Positions 39,555 to 46,271 of a stretch of 64,000 nt of DNA are shown here, in pieces. Under the pieces are notes generated by a model. It made no database searches. It was not told the DNA's origin and saw only the letters and a program-made list of their open reading frames with translations. The stretch is from a virus. Location: IMG/VR virus record IMGVR_UViG_3300042197_003344, positions 1-64,000 of that record, one strand, 5' to 3'. The position numbers and the translations under genes were made by a program. Every line of letters starts with the position of its first letter. Within the stretch, counting starts at the first letter, position 1.

Positions 39555-39637
39555 TGGTGCCCCAGGTCGGACTCGAACCGACACGCACTAGGCACTGGCT
39601 TCTAAGACCAGCGTGGCTACCATTACACCACCGGGGC
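39555..39637 (-). tRNA. tRNA-Leu(TAG)
   Basis: Loop CTTAGAA, variable arm present. Confidence 0.9.
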
Positions 39638-39648
39638 AAACAATGTAT

Positions 39649-39677
39649 ATTATGTATTCTTTGTTGACAAATGTCAA
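39649..39677 (-). promoter_or_regulatory. sigma70-type promoter
   Basis: TTGACA-N17-CATAAT. Confidence 0.65.
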
Positions 39678-39685
39678 CTATATTC

Positions 39686-39757
39686 TGGCGCCTCTGGAGA
39701 GATTCGAACTCCCATAACCTGGTTTAGAAGACCTGGCACCGCTCCATCGGCAGAGGC
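39686..39757 (-). tRNA. atypical tRNA-Arg(TCT) with shrunken D-arm
   Basis: Loop CTTCTAA, intact T-arm, acceptor and CCA; D region only CCGATGGAGCGG. Confidence 0.7.
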
Positions 39758-39762
39758 GTGTT

Positions 39763-39839
39763 TGGTACGGATGGTGGGATTCGAACCCACGAAACTCAGA
39801 TTTTAAGTCTGATACGTATACCTATTCCGTCACATCCGT
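39763..39839 (-). tRNA. tRNA-Leu(TAA), short variable loop
   Basis: Loop CTTAAAA; variable region GTTTC. Confidence 0.85.
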
Positions 39840-39842
39840 ATA

Positions 39843-39918
39843 TGGTGCCAACTCCTGGGATCGAACCAGGTTCTACCGCTCTTCAGGCGGCTGCAATGAC
39901 CACATTTGCTAAGTTGGC
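39843..39918 (-). tRNA. tRNA-Phe(GAA)
   Basis: Loop CTGAAGA. Confidence 0.9.
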
Positions 39919-39923
39919 ATATT

Positions 39924-39997
39924 TGGGGTGAAGCCGGGAATCGAACCCTGCCTTACTGTTTCACAGACAGCCGTGCAACCATTACACTAGCAACACC
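39924..39997 (-). tRNA. tRNA-His(GTG)
   Basis: Loop CTGTGAA, G-1:C73; two U-U mismatches in the acceptor stem. Confidence 0.85.
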
Positions 39998-40012
39998 ATT
40001 GATGGTATCGTC

Positions 40013-40198
40013 TTATTTTGCAGGTTCTTTAATTCTTTCAATTTTCTCTAATGCATCGCGACGCATTTTAAATTCACGATGCTCATTCGGACGATGAACT
40101 ATGATGTATTCTACACCATCAATGTTTTCGGTCACACGGATATCGTCACAGACAAAACGCTCATTATTAAAACGATTTTTAAGCATAGTTGCTTTCAT
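40013..40198 (-). CDS. small hypothetical protein
   Basis: 61 aa, SD AAGGAG. Confidence 0.7.
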   Translation of the reverse strand: MKATMLKNRFNNERFVCDDIRVTENIDGVEYIIVHRPNEHREFKMRRDALEKIERIKEPAK

Positions 40199-40214
40199 AA
40201 CAATCTCCTTGAAA

Positions 40215-40289
40215 TGGCCGGTCCGGAGAGATTCGAACTCCCGACTGCTGGTTTCGAAGACCAGAACTCTTCCACTGAGCTACGGACCG
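40215..40289 (-). tRNA. tRNA-Arg(TCG)
   Basis: Loop CTTCGAA. Confidence 0.9.
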
Positions 40290-40294
40290 GTGTA

Positions 40295-40368
40295 TGGTGC
40301 TCTAGACAAGAATTGAACTTGTGATTCTGTCTTACCAAGACAGTGTTATACCACTTAACTACAAGAGC
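40295..40368 (-). tRNA. tRNA-Thr(GGT)
   Basis: Loop TTGGTAA. Confidence 0.9.
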
Positions 40369-40369
40369 T

Positions 40370-40443
40370 TGGCAGGCGTGCTAGGGCTCGAACCTAGAAT
40401 AACAGAGTCAAAGTCTGTGGTGTTACCATTACACTACACGCCA
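40370..40443 (-). tRNA. tRNA-Gln(TTG)
   Basis: Loop CTTTGAC, G73. Confidence 0.9.
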
Positions 40444-40447
40444 ACAG

Positions 40448-40690
40448 TTATAGATCTTTAGCGTCCACACAGGTGCCGCCTTTGAACACATAGACATCGC
40501 TGTCTAATCTTAGTTGTTCAAAAACGTGATTATTTACACACTTGTAAGGATCTTTGCGATTTTGTACTAGGTAGACTGCTCCGAAACCTAGGCCTGCAAG
40601 GATCATTAGAATTGGAATGTATTTCAGGTACTTTACTAGTTCTGGCATCGCAGCTAATATCTGCGGCAGATTTTTCAGTAGCTCTTTCAT
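40448..40690 (-). CDS. small membrane protein
   Basis: Start MKELLKNL; one hydrophobic segment. Confidence 0.65.
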   Translation of the reverse strand: MKELLKNLPQILAAMPELVKYLKYIPILMILAGLGFGAVYLVQNRKDPYKCVNNHVFEQLRLDSDVYVFKGGTCVDAKDL

Positions 40691-40705
40691 ACACTTATTT
40701 AAGTC

Positions 40706-40780
40706 TGGTGGTAATGGAAAGAGTTGAACTTTCACTGGGCACCGTATGAAGGTGTTGCACTACCATTATGCTACATTACC
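40706..40780 (-). tRNA. tRNA-Met(CAT), elongator-type
   Basis: Loop TTCATAC, paired 1-72. Confidence 0.85.
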
Positions 40781-40865
40781 ATATAGAAACACACTTATGC
40801 CTTTTTCCTAGAAGGTGGCCTTTCCCAGTACTCTAACTATGTTTGGAGTTAAGTGTGTTTTTATA

Positions 40866-40940
40866 TGGTAGGAGCACAGGGATTTGAACCCTGGACCAAC
40901 GGATTAAAAGTCCGCTGCTCTACCGCTGAGCTATACTCCC
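40866..40940 (-). tRNA. tRNA-Lys(TTT)
   Basis: Loop CTTTTAA. Confidence 0.9.
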
Positions 40941-41002
40941 ATATAGTCCGTATTAAGTTGATTTACTGTGCCAACCTGGACCATACGGGATTCCAGGCGA
41001 CA

Positions 41003-41023
41003 CTAAGGTTTACCTCGCTTCAT
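41003..41023 (-). other. mini-ORF MKRGKP* with strong SD, followed by a predicted pseudoknot
   Basis: AAGGAGAAAGAC-ATG AAG CGA GGT AAA CCT TAG. Confidence 0.45.
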
Positions 41024-41044
41024 GTCTTTCTCCTTAGTGTTTGT

Positions 41045-41073
41045 ATTATATGTTCACTTCAATGTTTTGTCAA
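41045..41073 (-). promoter_or_regulatory. sigma70-type promoter
   Basis: TTGACA-N17-TATAAT. Confidence 0.8.
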
Positions 41074-41140
41074 TCCAAATCAACCCTATGATAACCAAAA
41101 TAATAACTGCGACCGCCCCATTTTGTTTTCTCCTTATAGT

Positions 41141-41215
41141 TGGTAGCCTATCTTGGGAACGATCCAAGGACCCCCGCCTTATCAAGACGGTGCTCTACCA
41201 CTGAGCTAATAGGCT
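41141..41215 (-). tRNA. tRNA-Ile(GAT)
   Basis: Loop TTGATAA; T-loop ATCG variant. Confidence 0.9.
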
Positions 41216-41220
41216 ATATT

Positions 41221-41310
41221 TGGTGGAAGCGGTGAGATTCGAACTCACGGACCCTTTCGGATCGTCTGTTTTCAAGACAGGTGCATTCAGCCAGGCTCTG
41301 CCACACTTCC
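41221..41310 (-). tRNA. tRNA-Ser(TGA)
   Basis: Loop CTTGAAA, long variable arm. Confidence 0.9.
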
Positions 41311-41318
41311 ATAATCTT

Positions 41319-41396
41319 TGGTACCCCTCGTCGGATTCGAACCGACACGATTCTCCTTTTGAGAGAGACGCCTCATACCAATTGGGCTAGAGGGGC
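41319..41396 (-). tRNA. tRNA-Leu(CAA), short variable loop
   Basis: Loop CTCAAAA; variable region ATCGT. Confidence 0.85.
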
Positions 41397-41400
41397 ATAC

Positions 41401-41478
41401 TGGAGCACAGGGTGAGATTTGAACTCACGGTTTTAGGGATTTGCAGTCCCTTGCATTGGGCCACTCTGCCACCTGTGC
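41401..41478 (-). tRNA. tRNA-Cys(GCA)
   Basis: Loop CTGCAAA, U73. Confidence 0.9.
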
Positions 41479-41484
41479 ATTGTT

Positions 41485-41558
41485 TGGCGTACCCTGAGGG
41501 ATTTGAACCCCCACCGACAGTTTTGGAGACTGTAATGCTGCCGTTACACTAAGGATAC
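41485..41558 (-). tRNA. tRNA-Trp(CCA)
   Basis: Loop CTCCAAA, G73. Confidence 0.9.
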
Positions 41559-41562
41559 ATAT

Positions 41563-41661
41563 TGGTGCCTCTGGCAGGACTCGAACCTGCACACGCCGGC
41601 TTATCTGGCCGGTGCTTTGACGAGGTATAAGCTCGTTTCTTTACCATTAAGCTACAGAGGC
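41563..41661 (-). tRNA. tRNA with UAU anticodon (Ile codon AUA) and a long variable arm
   Basis: ACGAG-CTTATAC-CTCGT; variable hairpin CCGGC-CAGATAA-GCCGG. Confidence 0.8.
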
Positions 41662-41667
41662 AAAACT

Positions 41668-41743
41668 TGGAGCGGGTGAACAGTCTCGAACTGTCGACCT
41701 TAACTTTGGCAAAGTTACGCTCTACCAACTGAGCTACACCCGC
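41668..41743 (-). tRNA. tRNA-Gly(GCC), second copy
   Basis: Loop TTGCCAA, U73. Confidence 0.9.
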
Positions 41744-41744
41744 A

Positions 41745-41819
41745 TGGTACACGGTACGAGAATCGAACTCGTCTTTCCGCCTTGAAAGGGCAGCGTCCTT
41801 ACCGATAGACGAACCGTGC
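41745..41819 (-). tRNA. tRNA-Glu(TTC)
   Basis: Loop CTTTCAA. Confidence 0.9.
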
Positions 41820-41825
41820 ATTATT

Positions 41826-41900
41826 TGGCTCCGAGAGTAGGGATCGAACCTACGACCAATTGGTTAACAGCCAACTGCACTACCGCTGTGCTATCTCGGA
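41826..41900 (-). tRNA. tRNA-Asn(GTT)
   Basis: Loop CTGTTAA, G73. Confidence 0.9.
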
Positions 41901-41909
41901 ATAAAACTT

Positions 41910-41984
41910 TGGCGGTCCCAGGGGGTAACGATCCCCCTCCTTCGGCGTGACAAGCCGGTATGCGTCCATGAACACCTTGAGACC
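41910..41984 (-). tRNA. tRNA-Asp(GTC)
   Basis: Loop TTGTCAC, G73; T-loop ATCG. Confidence 0.85.
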
Positions 41985-41989
41985 AAATT

Positions 41990-42078
41990 TGGTGGACCCT
42001 GAAGGAATCGAACCTAATCGCCAGCCACCCAACATATCAAGGCAACAGATTTACAGTCTGCCGTTGGGAACAGGATCC
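41990..42078 (-). tRNA. aberrant tRNA-Tyr(GTA) lacking a D-arm
   Basis: Acceptor GGATCCTG/CAGGGTCC-A-CCA, GCAGA-CTGTAAA-TCTGT, TTCGATT loop; no D hairpin. Confidence 0.7.
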
Positions 42079-42311
42079 AAAATTTGTAACACTCTCCGAC
42101 TATGTCTGTCAACCGCTTACAAGGCAGTAAGGAGAGTGTGTAATTAAGCATTCTCCTTTATGATTTTAGACGCCGTCGCAGGGCGAATGGTGAATGCTTA
42201 ATTACGCTAGTTTTTTTAGTCCCACAAGAGGGATTCCATCCACTAGGCCGCCCGTTTACGTTTTTATTACAGTGTGTCGCTAGGACCTCGTTCCCTATCC
42301 ACACTTGAGTC

Positions 42312-42488
42312 TTAGTCTTCGTAGACTGGACTCATTTGTTGAGCTTCGTATAAAACACGGGCTCTATCGATCTTATCTTGAATAAGTTTGCGTTTCTGTT
42401 CTTCATCTAGTACCTGACTAGCAGAAGCGTAAGCCTGTTCAACTATGTGTTGACTCAACTGATTAAATTCTTTTTCGTTCAAATACAT
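42312..42488 (-). CDS. small hypothetical protein (58 aa, not in the ORF track), first gene after the attenuator
   Basis: MYLNEKEFNQLSQHIVEQ...PVYED with SD AAGGAG. Confidence 0.7.
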   Translation of the reverse strand: MYLNEKEFNQLSQHIVEQAYASASQVLDEEQKRKLIQDKIDRARVLYEAQQMSPVYED

Positions 42489-42502
42489 ATTTCTCCTTAT
42501 AT

Positions 42503-42534
42503 AAACAAAAACCCCAGGGTTTTTAGTCCTGGGG
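42503..42534 (-). terminator. rho-independent terminator (attenuator)
   Basis: CCCCAGG-ACTAAAAAC-CCTGGGG-TTTTTGTTT. Confidence 0.85.
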
Positions 42535-42589
42535 TCCTTTTGTGGTTTGAGTTACTTTTTGCTTAACTCACAGCCTCCACGGACCCCGG
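42531..42589 (-). promoter_or_regulatory. antiterminator hairpin spanning the leader stop codon
   Basis: GGGGTCC/GGACCCC, GTGG/CCAC and TGAGTTA/TAACTCA; its 3' strand overlaps the terminator 5' arm. Confidence 0.75.
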
Positions 42590-42703
42590 ATATAGCTCTG
42601 GTGTACGATCATTATTAAAGAGACTAATCGCAGACCAAGAGATGGACATGCCTACCTGTTTGGCTATACAATAATGTCTTGATAACGATCTTACTGTGTT
42701 CAT
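42563..42703 (-). CDS. putative attenuator leader peptide (46 aa, all 20 amino acids)
   Basis: MNTVRSLSRHYCIAKQVGMSISWSAISLFNNDRTPELYPGSVEAVS*, with upstream AAAGGA. Confidence 0.7.
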   Translation of the reverse strand: MNTVRSLSRHYCIAKQVGMSISWSAISLFNNDRTPELYPGSVEAVS

Positions 42704-42753
42704 TTGCTTTGTTTTTTCCTTTAAATTATGCGCTATCTCTAACGCATATGTCT

Positions 42754-42782
42754 ATTGTATAGTTATTTAGTCTCGCTGTCAA
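42754..42782 (-). promoter_or_regulatory. sigma70-type promoter P1 of the leader/tRNA operon
   Basis: TTGACA-N17-TACAAT. Confidence 0.8.
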
Positions 42783-42848
42783 CCACTTTTGGTAAAATTG
42801 ATTACAAGCTCTGTTGCTTGTTTTGCAAGACAATTTAACTATGCACTA

Positions 42849-42877
42849 ATTGTATTGTCTGTTTATTTATATGTCAA
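42849..42877 (-). promoter_or_regulatory. sigma70-type promoter P2 (contains TATAAATA)
   Basis: TTGACA-N17-TACAAT. Confidence 0.75.
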
Positions 42878-42905
42878 CTAAAAATACCCAGATAATGTGG
42901 CATTT

Positions 42906-43148
42906 TTACAACAGTTTATCAGATTCGATTAGTAAGTGCTTACCAACTTCGAACATACCTACTCCGCCTACGAGATCAAGACAACTGGCGTGAACCTGTG
43001 CTTCGCCGCAGTCATCCATCGAACAGGCTACGAATTCTTTTATCTTTCCTTCCTCGATCTGTCGTTGCATTTCTCGCAACACTTCTAGCATCGAGATTTT
43101 TCTTTCTTCATCTTTTTTAGCTTTTGGATCAAGTGTAACTACATTCAT
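42906..43148 (-). CDS. hypothetical protein
   Basis: 80 aa, SD AGGA. Confidence 0.7.
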   Translation of the reverse strand: MNVVTLDPKAKKDEERKISMLEVLREMQRQIEEGKIKEFVACSMDDCGEAQVHASCLDLVGGVGMFEVGKHLLIESDKLL

Positions 43149-43157
43149 AAAAAATCC

Positions 43158-43751
43158 TTAGGTAATATGGTCTGCCACATTAAGATCTACACATTCTTCT
43201 GCTGTCAGATAAACATCAGACGGTGGCAGCAATTTTTTCTTGATCACGCCGGCAGCTAATCCGGTGGCTTCTTTCAATATCACTACCATTTTTTCATTAC
43301 AGATATCATTTTCTTTCATGGTCGCTTTGAGATCATGATATTTGTCACTCATAGTTTCGCTGAATTGATGACACATAAAACTGGTATTTCTGGCAGCATA
43401 TCTTTCGCCTTTGGTTCCTGCTGCAAAGATTAAAAATGCTGCACTCATCACTGAACCCAGGGCTATAGTTCTTACAGAATGACGACTATTTCTAATCACA
43501 TCGATCAGTGCAAATGCTTCGTAGAGATTACCGCCCGTTGAGTTTATGTACAGAGTAAGAACTTTTTCTTTGGCATCTAGATTTTCGTATAAAATCCATT
43601 TGATGCATTCTGAAATATTGCTCTCTTCAATTTCCCCAAAAAGATAATGTATGTTGCTTTCGAGTAATTTAATGTTGACGCGATCTTCCGCATTAAAATC
43701 ATCTGCTTTTTTGGTCACGTTTGCTCCTCTGGATTCACTATTACTTATCAT
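43158..43751 (-). CDS. clpP: ClpP-family protease
   Basis: LYINSTGG, GSVMSAA (Ser), FMCHQ (His), DVYLTAEE (Asp). Confidence 0.85.
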   Translation of the reverse strand: MISNSESRGANVTKKADDFNAEDRVNIKLLESNIHYLFGEIEESNISECIKWILYENLDAKEKVLTLYINSTGGNLYEAFALIDVIRNSRHSVRTIALGSVMSAAFLIFAAGTKGERYAARNTSFMCHQFSETMSDKYHDLKATMKENDICNEKMVVILKEATGLAAGVIKKKLLPPSDVYLTAEECVDLNVADHIT

Positions 43752-43766
43752 ATATTATAGCATCAG

Positions 43767-44036
43767 TTAATTCCAGCGACCGTTTTCATAATCCCAATGT
43801 CTGTTATCGTATATCCTAAAACACACTCCGTAGCCCAAAATGCCTAAAACAAGTTCTAAACCTGCGTGATCTTGTTTGGTAGTGAACTTACATTCTGCGT
43901 CTAAAATCATTCCGTCGTAAAAAGTGTGTTCTAATTCCCAACTTTTATTTTGGGTGATTTTACCAAAAATGGAACCTAGATTTTTAAATCTATCTCGGCT
44001 CCAGGGATTTTGAATTTCAAACCGTAGATTTATCAT
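43767..44036 (-). CDS. hypothetical protein
   Basis: ORF coupled to its neighbour. Confidence 0.65.
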   Translation of the reverse strand: MINLRFEIQNPWSRDRFKNLGSIFGKITQNKSWELEHTFYDGMILDAECKFTTKQDHAGLELVLGILGYGVCFRIYDNRHWDYENGRWN

Positions 44037-44221
44037 TCGGGTAAGGGAGTAAATCTACTCAAAAAGCTTTCTTGATAACAGCTATATTCTTTAGGCTGAT
44101 CGTCAACAGGTTGTTCCATTCTGTAGTAGACCCAATCTTTGCCTTCTACTATCATAGTTCCTATAACAACAAAAACTCTGCCCTGTCCACTCCACCATCT
44201 TGATCCGTTTTTTATTTCCAT
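44033..44221 (-). CDS. hypothetical protein
   Basis: 62 aa, SD GGAGG. Confidence 0.7.
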   Translation of the reverse strand: MEIKNGSRWWSGQGRVFVVIGTMIVEGKDWVYYRMEQPVDDQPKEYSCYQESFLSRFTPLPE

Positions 44222-44229
44222 ACACCCTC

Positions 44230-44634
44230 CTATGTTTTAAAAACTTCCGTAGCCTCCGTGTCTACATTCTCTACCATATGTAGCATAAATCTATATGCAT
44301 CCCAGGCTGTCTTGACAGACTCGTTATCACTGAGAGCTGTGGGGAAAATATCGACCCAGATTGAACTCTCAGGTTGCATATGACGATGCATACCCTGTGC
44401 TCTGGGCTGTAGCACACGATTGGTATTCCACAGTGCCAATGCTACTGCTAAACATTGATCGTAGTCTAGACCCATTAGGTAGGTAGATTCATCCATATAT
44501 GTGCCGATGACCTGCGCAATATGTTCTTGATCTCTGATACGGGTGGCAGTGATGAGGAATGCCACATCGTCGATGCTGACTTCGCCGTTGACGATATCAC
44601 GAACACAACGACCAAAACTAAAACCAATCTTCAT
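44230..44634 (-). CDS. hypothetical phage protein
   Basis: 134 aa coupled ORF. Confidence 0.7.
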   Translation of the reverse strand: MKIGFSFGRCVRDIVNGEVSIDDVAFLITATRIRDQEHIAQVIGTYMDESTYLMGLDYDQCLAVALALWNTNRVLQPRAQGMHRHMQPESSIWVDIFPTALSDNESVKTAWDAYRFMLHMVENVDTEATEVFKT

Positions 44635-45116
44635 TCTTCGAGCCCTGACTGTTTCATTTCTCGTTGGCGCTGATCTTCGTCGATGAGATCTTCTTCTTTA
44701 GCGTGTGCATCACAGGCAGTATAGATCCAACCTCGACCACGTATCTGACCAGGACTACCACATTCTTCGCAGGTCACTGCACTCATACTTTCAGCCATAC
44801 GGATCATACCATAGATAGTATCGTCAACGCCACTGGTATAAAAACGCAGTGTACCAAACTTTTCTTTGACCTGCATGGCTATGACCTGCGAGCAGCCTTC
44901 CCCACGTCCATACTTTTCTTTCTGCTCTTGCTTCCAATCAACGTGATGCTGGATATTTGAGCAGAGCTGATTGATGATATTAAACCAACCATCTCCGCAT
45001 TCAAATCCCCAACACATAGCAGTTTCTGCCATAGGAGCGTGTCTATCCTTGAAAATCTTAGGATAGCGTTCACACAGCAGTTCGTCTAGTTCTCGTTTCA
45101 TTTTGAAATCAACCAA
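44631..45116 (-). CDS. hypothetical phage protein with Zn-ribbon-like motif
   Basis: QVKEKFGTLRFY, CEECG..C..H. Confidence 0.7.
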   Translation of the reverse strand: MVDFKMKRELDELLCERYPKIFKDRHAPMAETAMCWGFECGDGWFNIINQLCSNIQHHVDWKQEQKEKYGRGEGCSQVIAMQVKEKFGTLRFYTSGVDDTIYGMIRMAESMSAVTCEECGSPGQIRGRGWIYTACDAHAKEEDLIDEDQRQREMKQSGLEE

Positions 45117-45553
45117 TTCAAATGTGCTTTAAGAAAACGGACCAAACCGTAGAGTTCTTTACTGTTTTCAGGACAGAGTTTGCTTCGCCAATCGTGCTTT
45201 AAGTTTACAGACTTCTTTTGTAGATAGCGGGTTTTAAACGCAGTACCTGGTTTAGAAATGGTAACATTGTAGTCCCAAGAAGTATCATAGTACTGACTGC
45301 GACCAGTTTTGCCTTTGACAAACTTGCAGACATAACCATCGGATGTACGAATAGTCCAATGATTCTTTTCATCTTTACTCCAACTGTAGCCTTCGATAGT
45401 ATCAGCGATCTCTCGCATATCGTCAGCTTCTTTTTGTAGAGCTACCAATCTGTTAGAAATTTTAGTCATATCGCTGGGAGTCAAACCCATTAGTTGAGCC
45501 TGTACTAGGATACGTTCTTGTTTGTCAGTGAGTTTTGCTCTTTCTCTGGGCAT
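45098..45553 (-). CDS. hypothetical protein
   Basis: 151 aa ORF after a promoter. Confidence 0.7.
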   Translation of the reverse strand: MPRERAKLTDKQERILVQAQLMGLTPSDMTKISNRLVALQKEADDMREIADTIEGYSWSKDEKNHWTIRTSDGYVCKFVKGKTGRSQYYDTSWDYNVTISKPGTAFKTRYLQKKSVNLKHDWRSKLCPENSKELYGLVRFLKAHLNWLISK

Positions 45554-45585
45554 AATACACTCGCTATTTCAATTAATGATACACT

Positions 45586-45614
45586 ATTATAGCATATCTT
45601 CTTAAGAAAGTCAA
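45586..45614 (-). promoter_or_regulatory. sigma70-type promoter
   Basis: TTGACT-N17-TATAAT. Confidence 0.7.
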
Positions 45615-45732
45615 TGAGGTTTTGTCAATGATTTTGATATTTCTACCACACCGCCATAGGCTAAACTAACCATAATAATCGCTAATGGCGGAACTACAAA
45701 GATTATATAACACCATATTAGTATTTTGGCTA

Positions 45733-46008
45733 TCATCCCCACCTCAGCAGAAACATAGTAATTTCTTTTTTATTTTTAAATTGAAAAGTATCAAAACTTA
45801 ATCGGCGGCCGCAGTTGTGTTCTTCACACCATTGTTGTATTGGATCTATGTCTTTTTCGCTGAGTCCTGTGACAAAATGATTTTCATTATCTGCAGAAAT
45901 TACCCGCATTCTTGCTGATAGTGCATATCGCCTAGCAGTATCTATCCAATAAATTTTGGTATTGGGTAGTTCGGTCATTTCATCGATCCATATTTGATTA
46001 TATCTCAT
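45733..46008 (-). CDS. small protein, WC...FxLRW paralogue family
   Basis: QQWCEEH...EITMFLLRWG. Confidence 0.7.
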   Translation of the reverse strand: MRYNQIWIDEMTELPNTKIYWIDTARRYALSARMRVISADNENHFVTGLSEKDIDPIQQWCEEHNCGRRLSFDTFQFKNKKEITMFLLRWG

Positions 46009-46271
46009 GCCCATCTCATAGCAAACATACTAGCATCTTGCTCGTTTTGGAAATACCAAGCTCGACAACTAGATTCTTTTATGTCTCGAAATTTACTTTG
46101 GCAATGCTCCATACACCAGGTCAATTTTTCTGCAAAGTCATCATCATTGATTAATCTCACCACATGATAAGATTCAAGGATCTGCATCAATCTTTCGTGT
46201 TCCAATAAAATTGCCCCTACTTGTTTATGGGCCATATTGGCAAATAATTTTGGATATTCTTTACTTGCCAT
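46005..46271 (-). CDS. small protein, WC...FxLRW paralogue family
   Basis: TWCMEH...DASMFAMRWA. Confidence 0.7.
   Translation of the reverse strand: MASKEYPKLFANMAHKQVGAILLEHERLMQILESYHVVRLINDDDFAEKLTWCMEHCQSKFRDIKESSCRAWYFQNEQDASMFAMRWA

Noticed and set aside
38485-42147. Track ORFs overlapping tRNAs or ncRNAs (38485, 38718, 39457, 39906, 40079, 40101, 40853, 41022, 41549, 41947)
   Set aside because: They overlap clear tRNA genes or structured RNA, lack SDs and mostly have non-ATG starts.
42206-42306. preQ1-I riboswitch
   Set aside because: GAGGTCCTAGC and AAAAAAACTAG resemble the motif, but they are too far apart and the P1 stem does not form as in the consensus.
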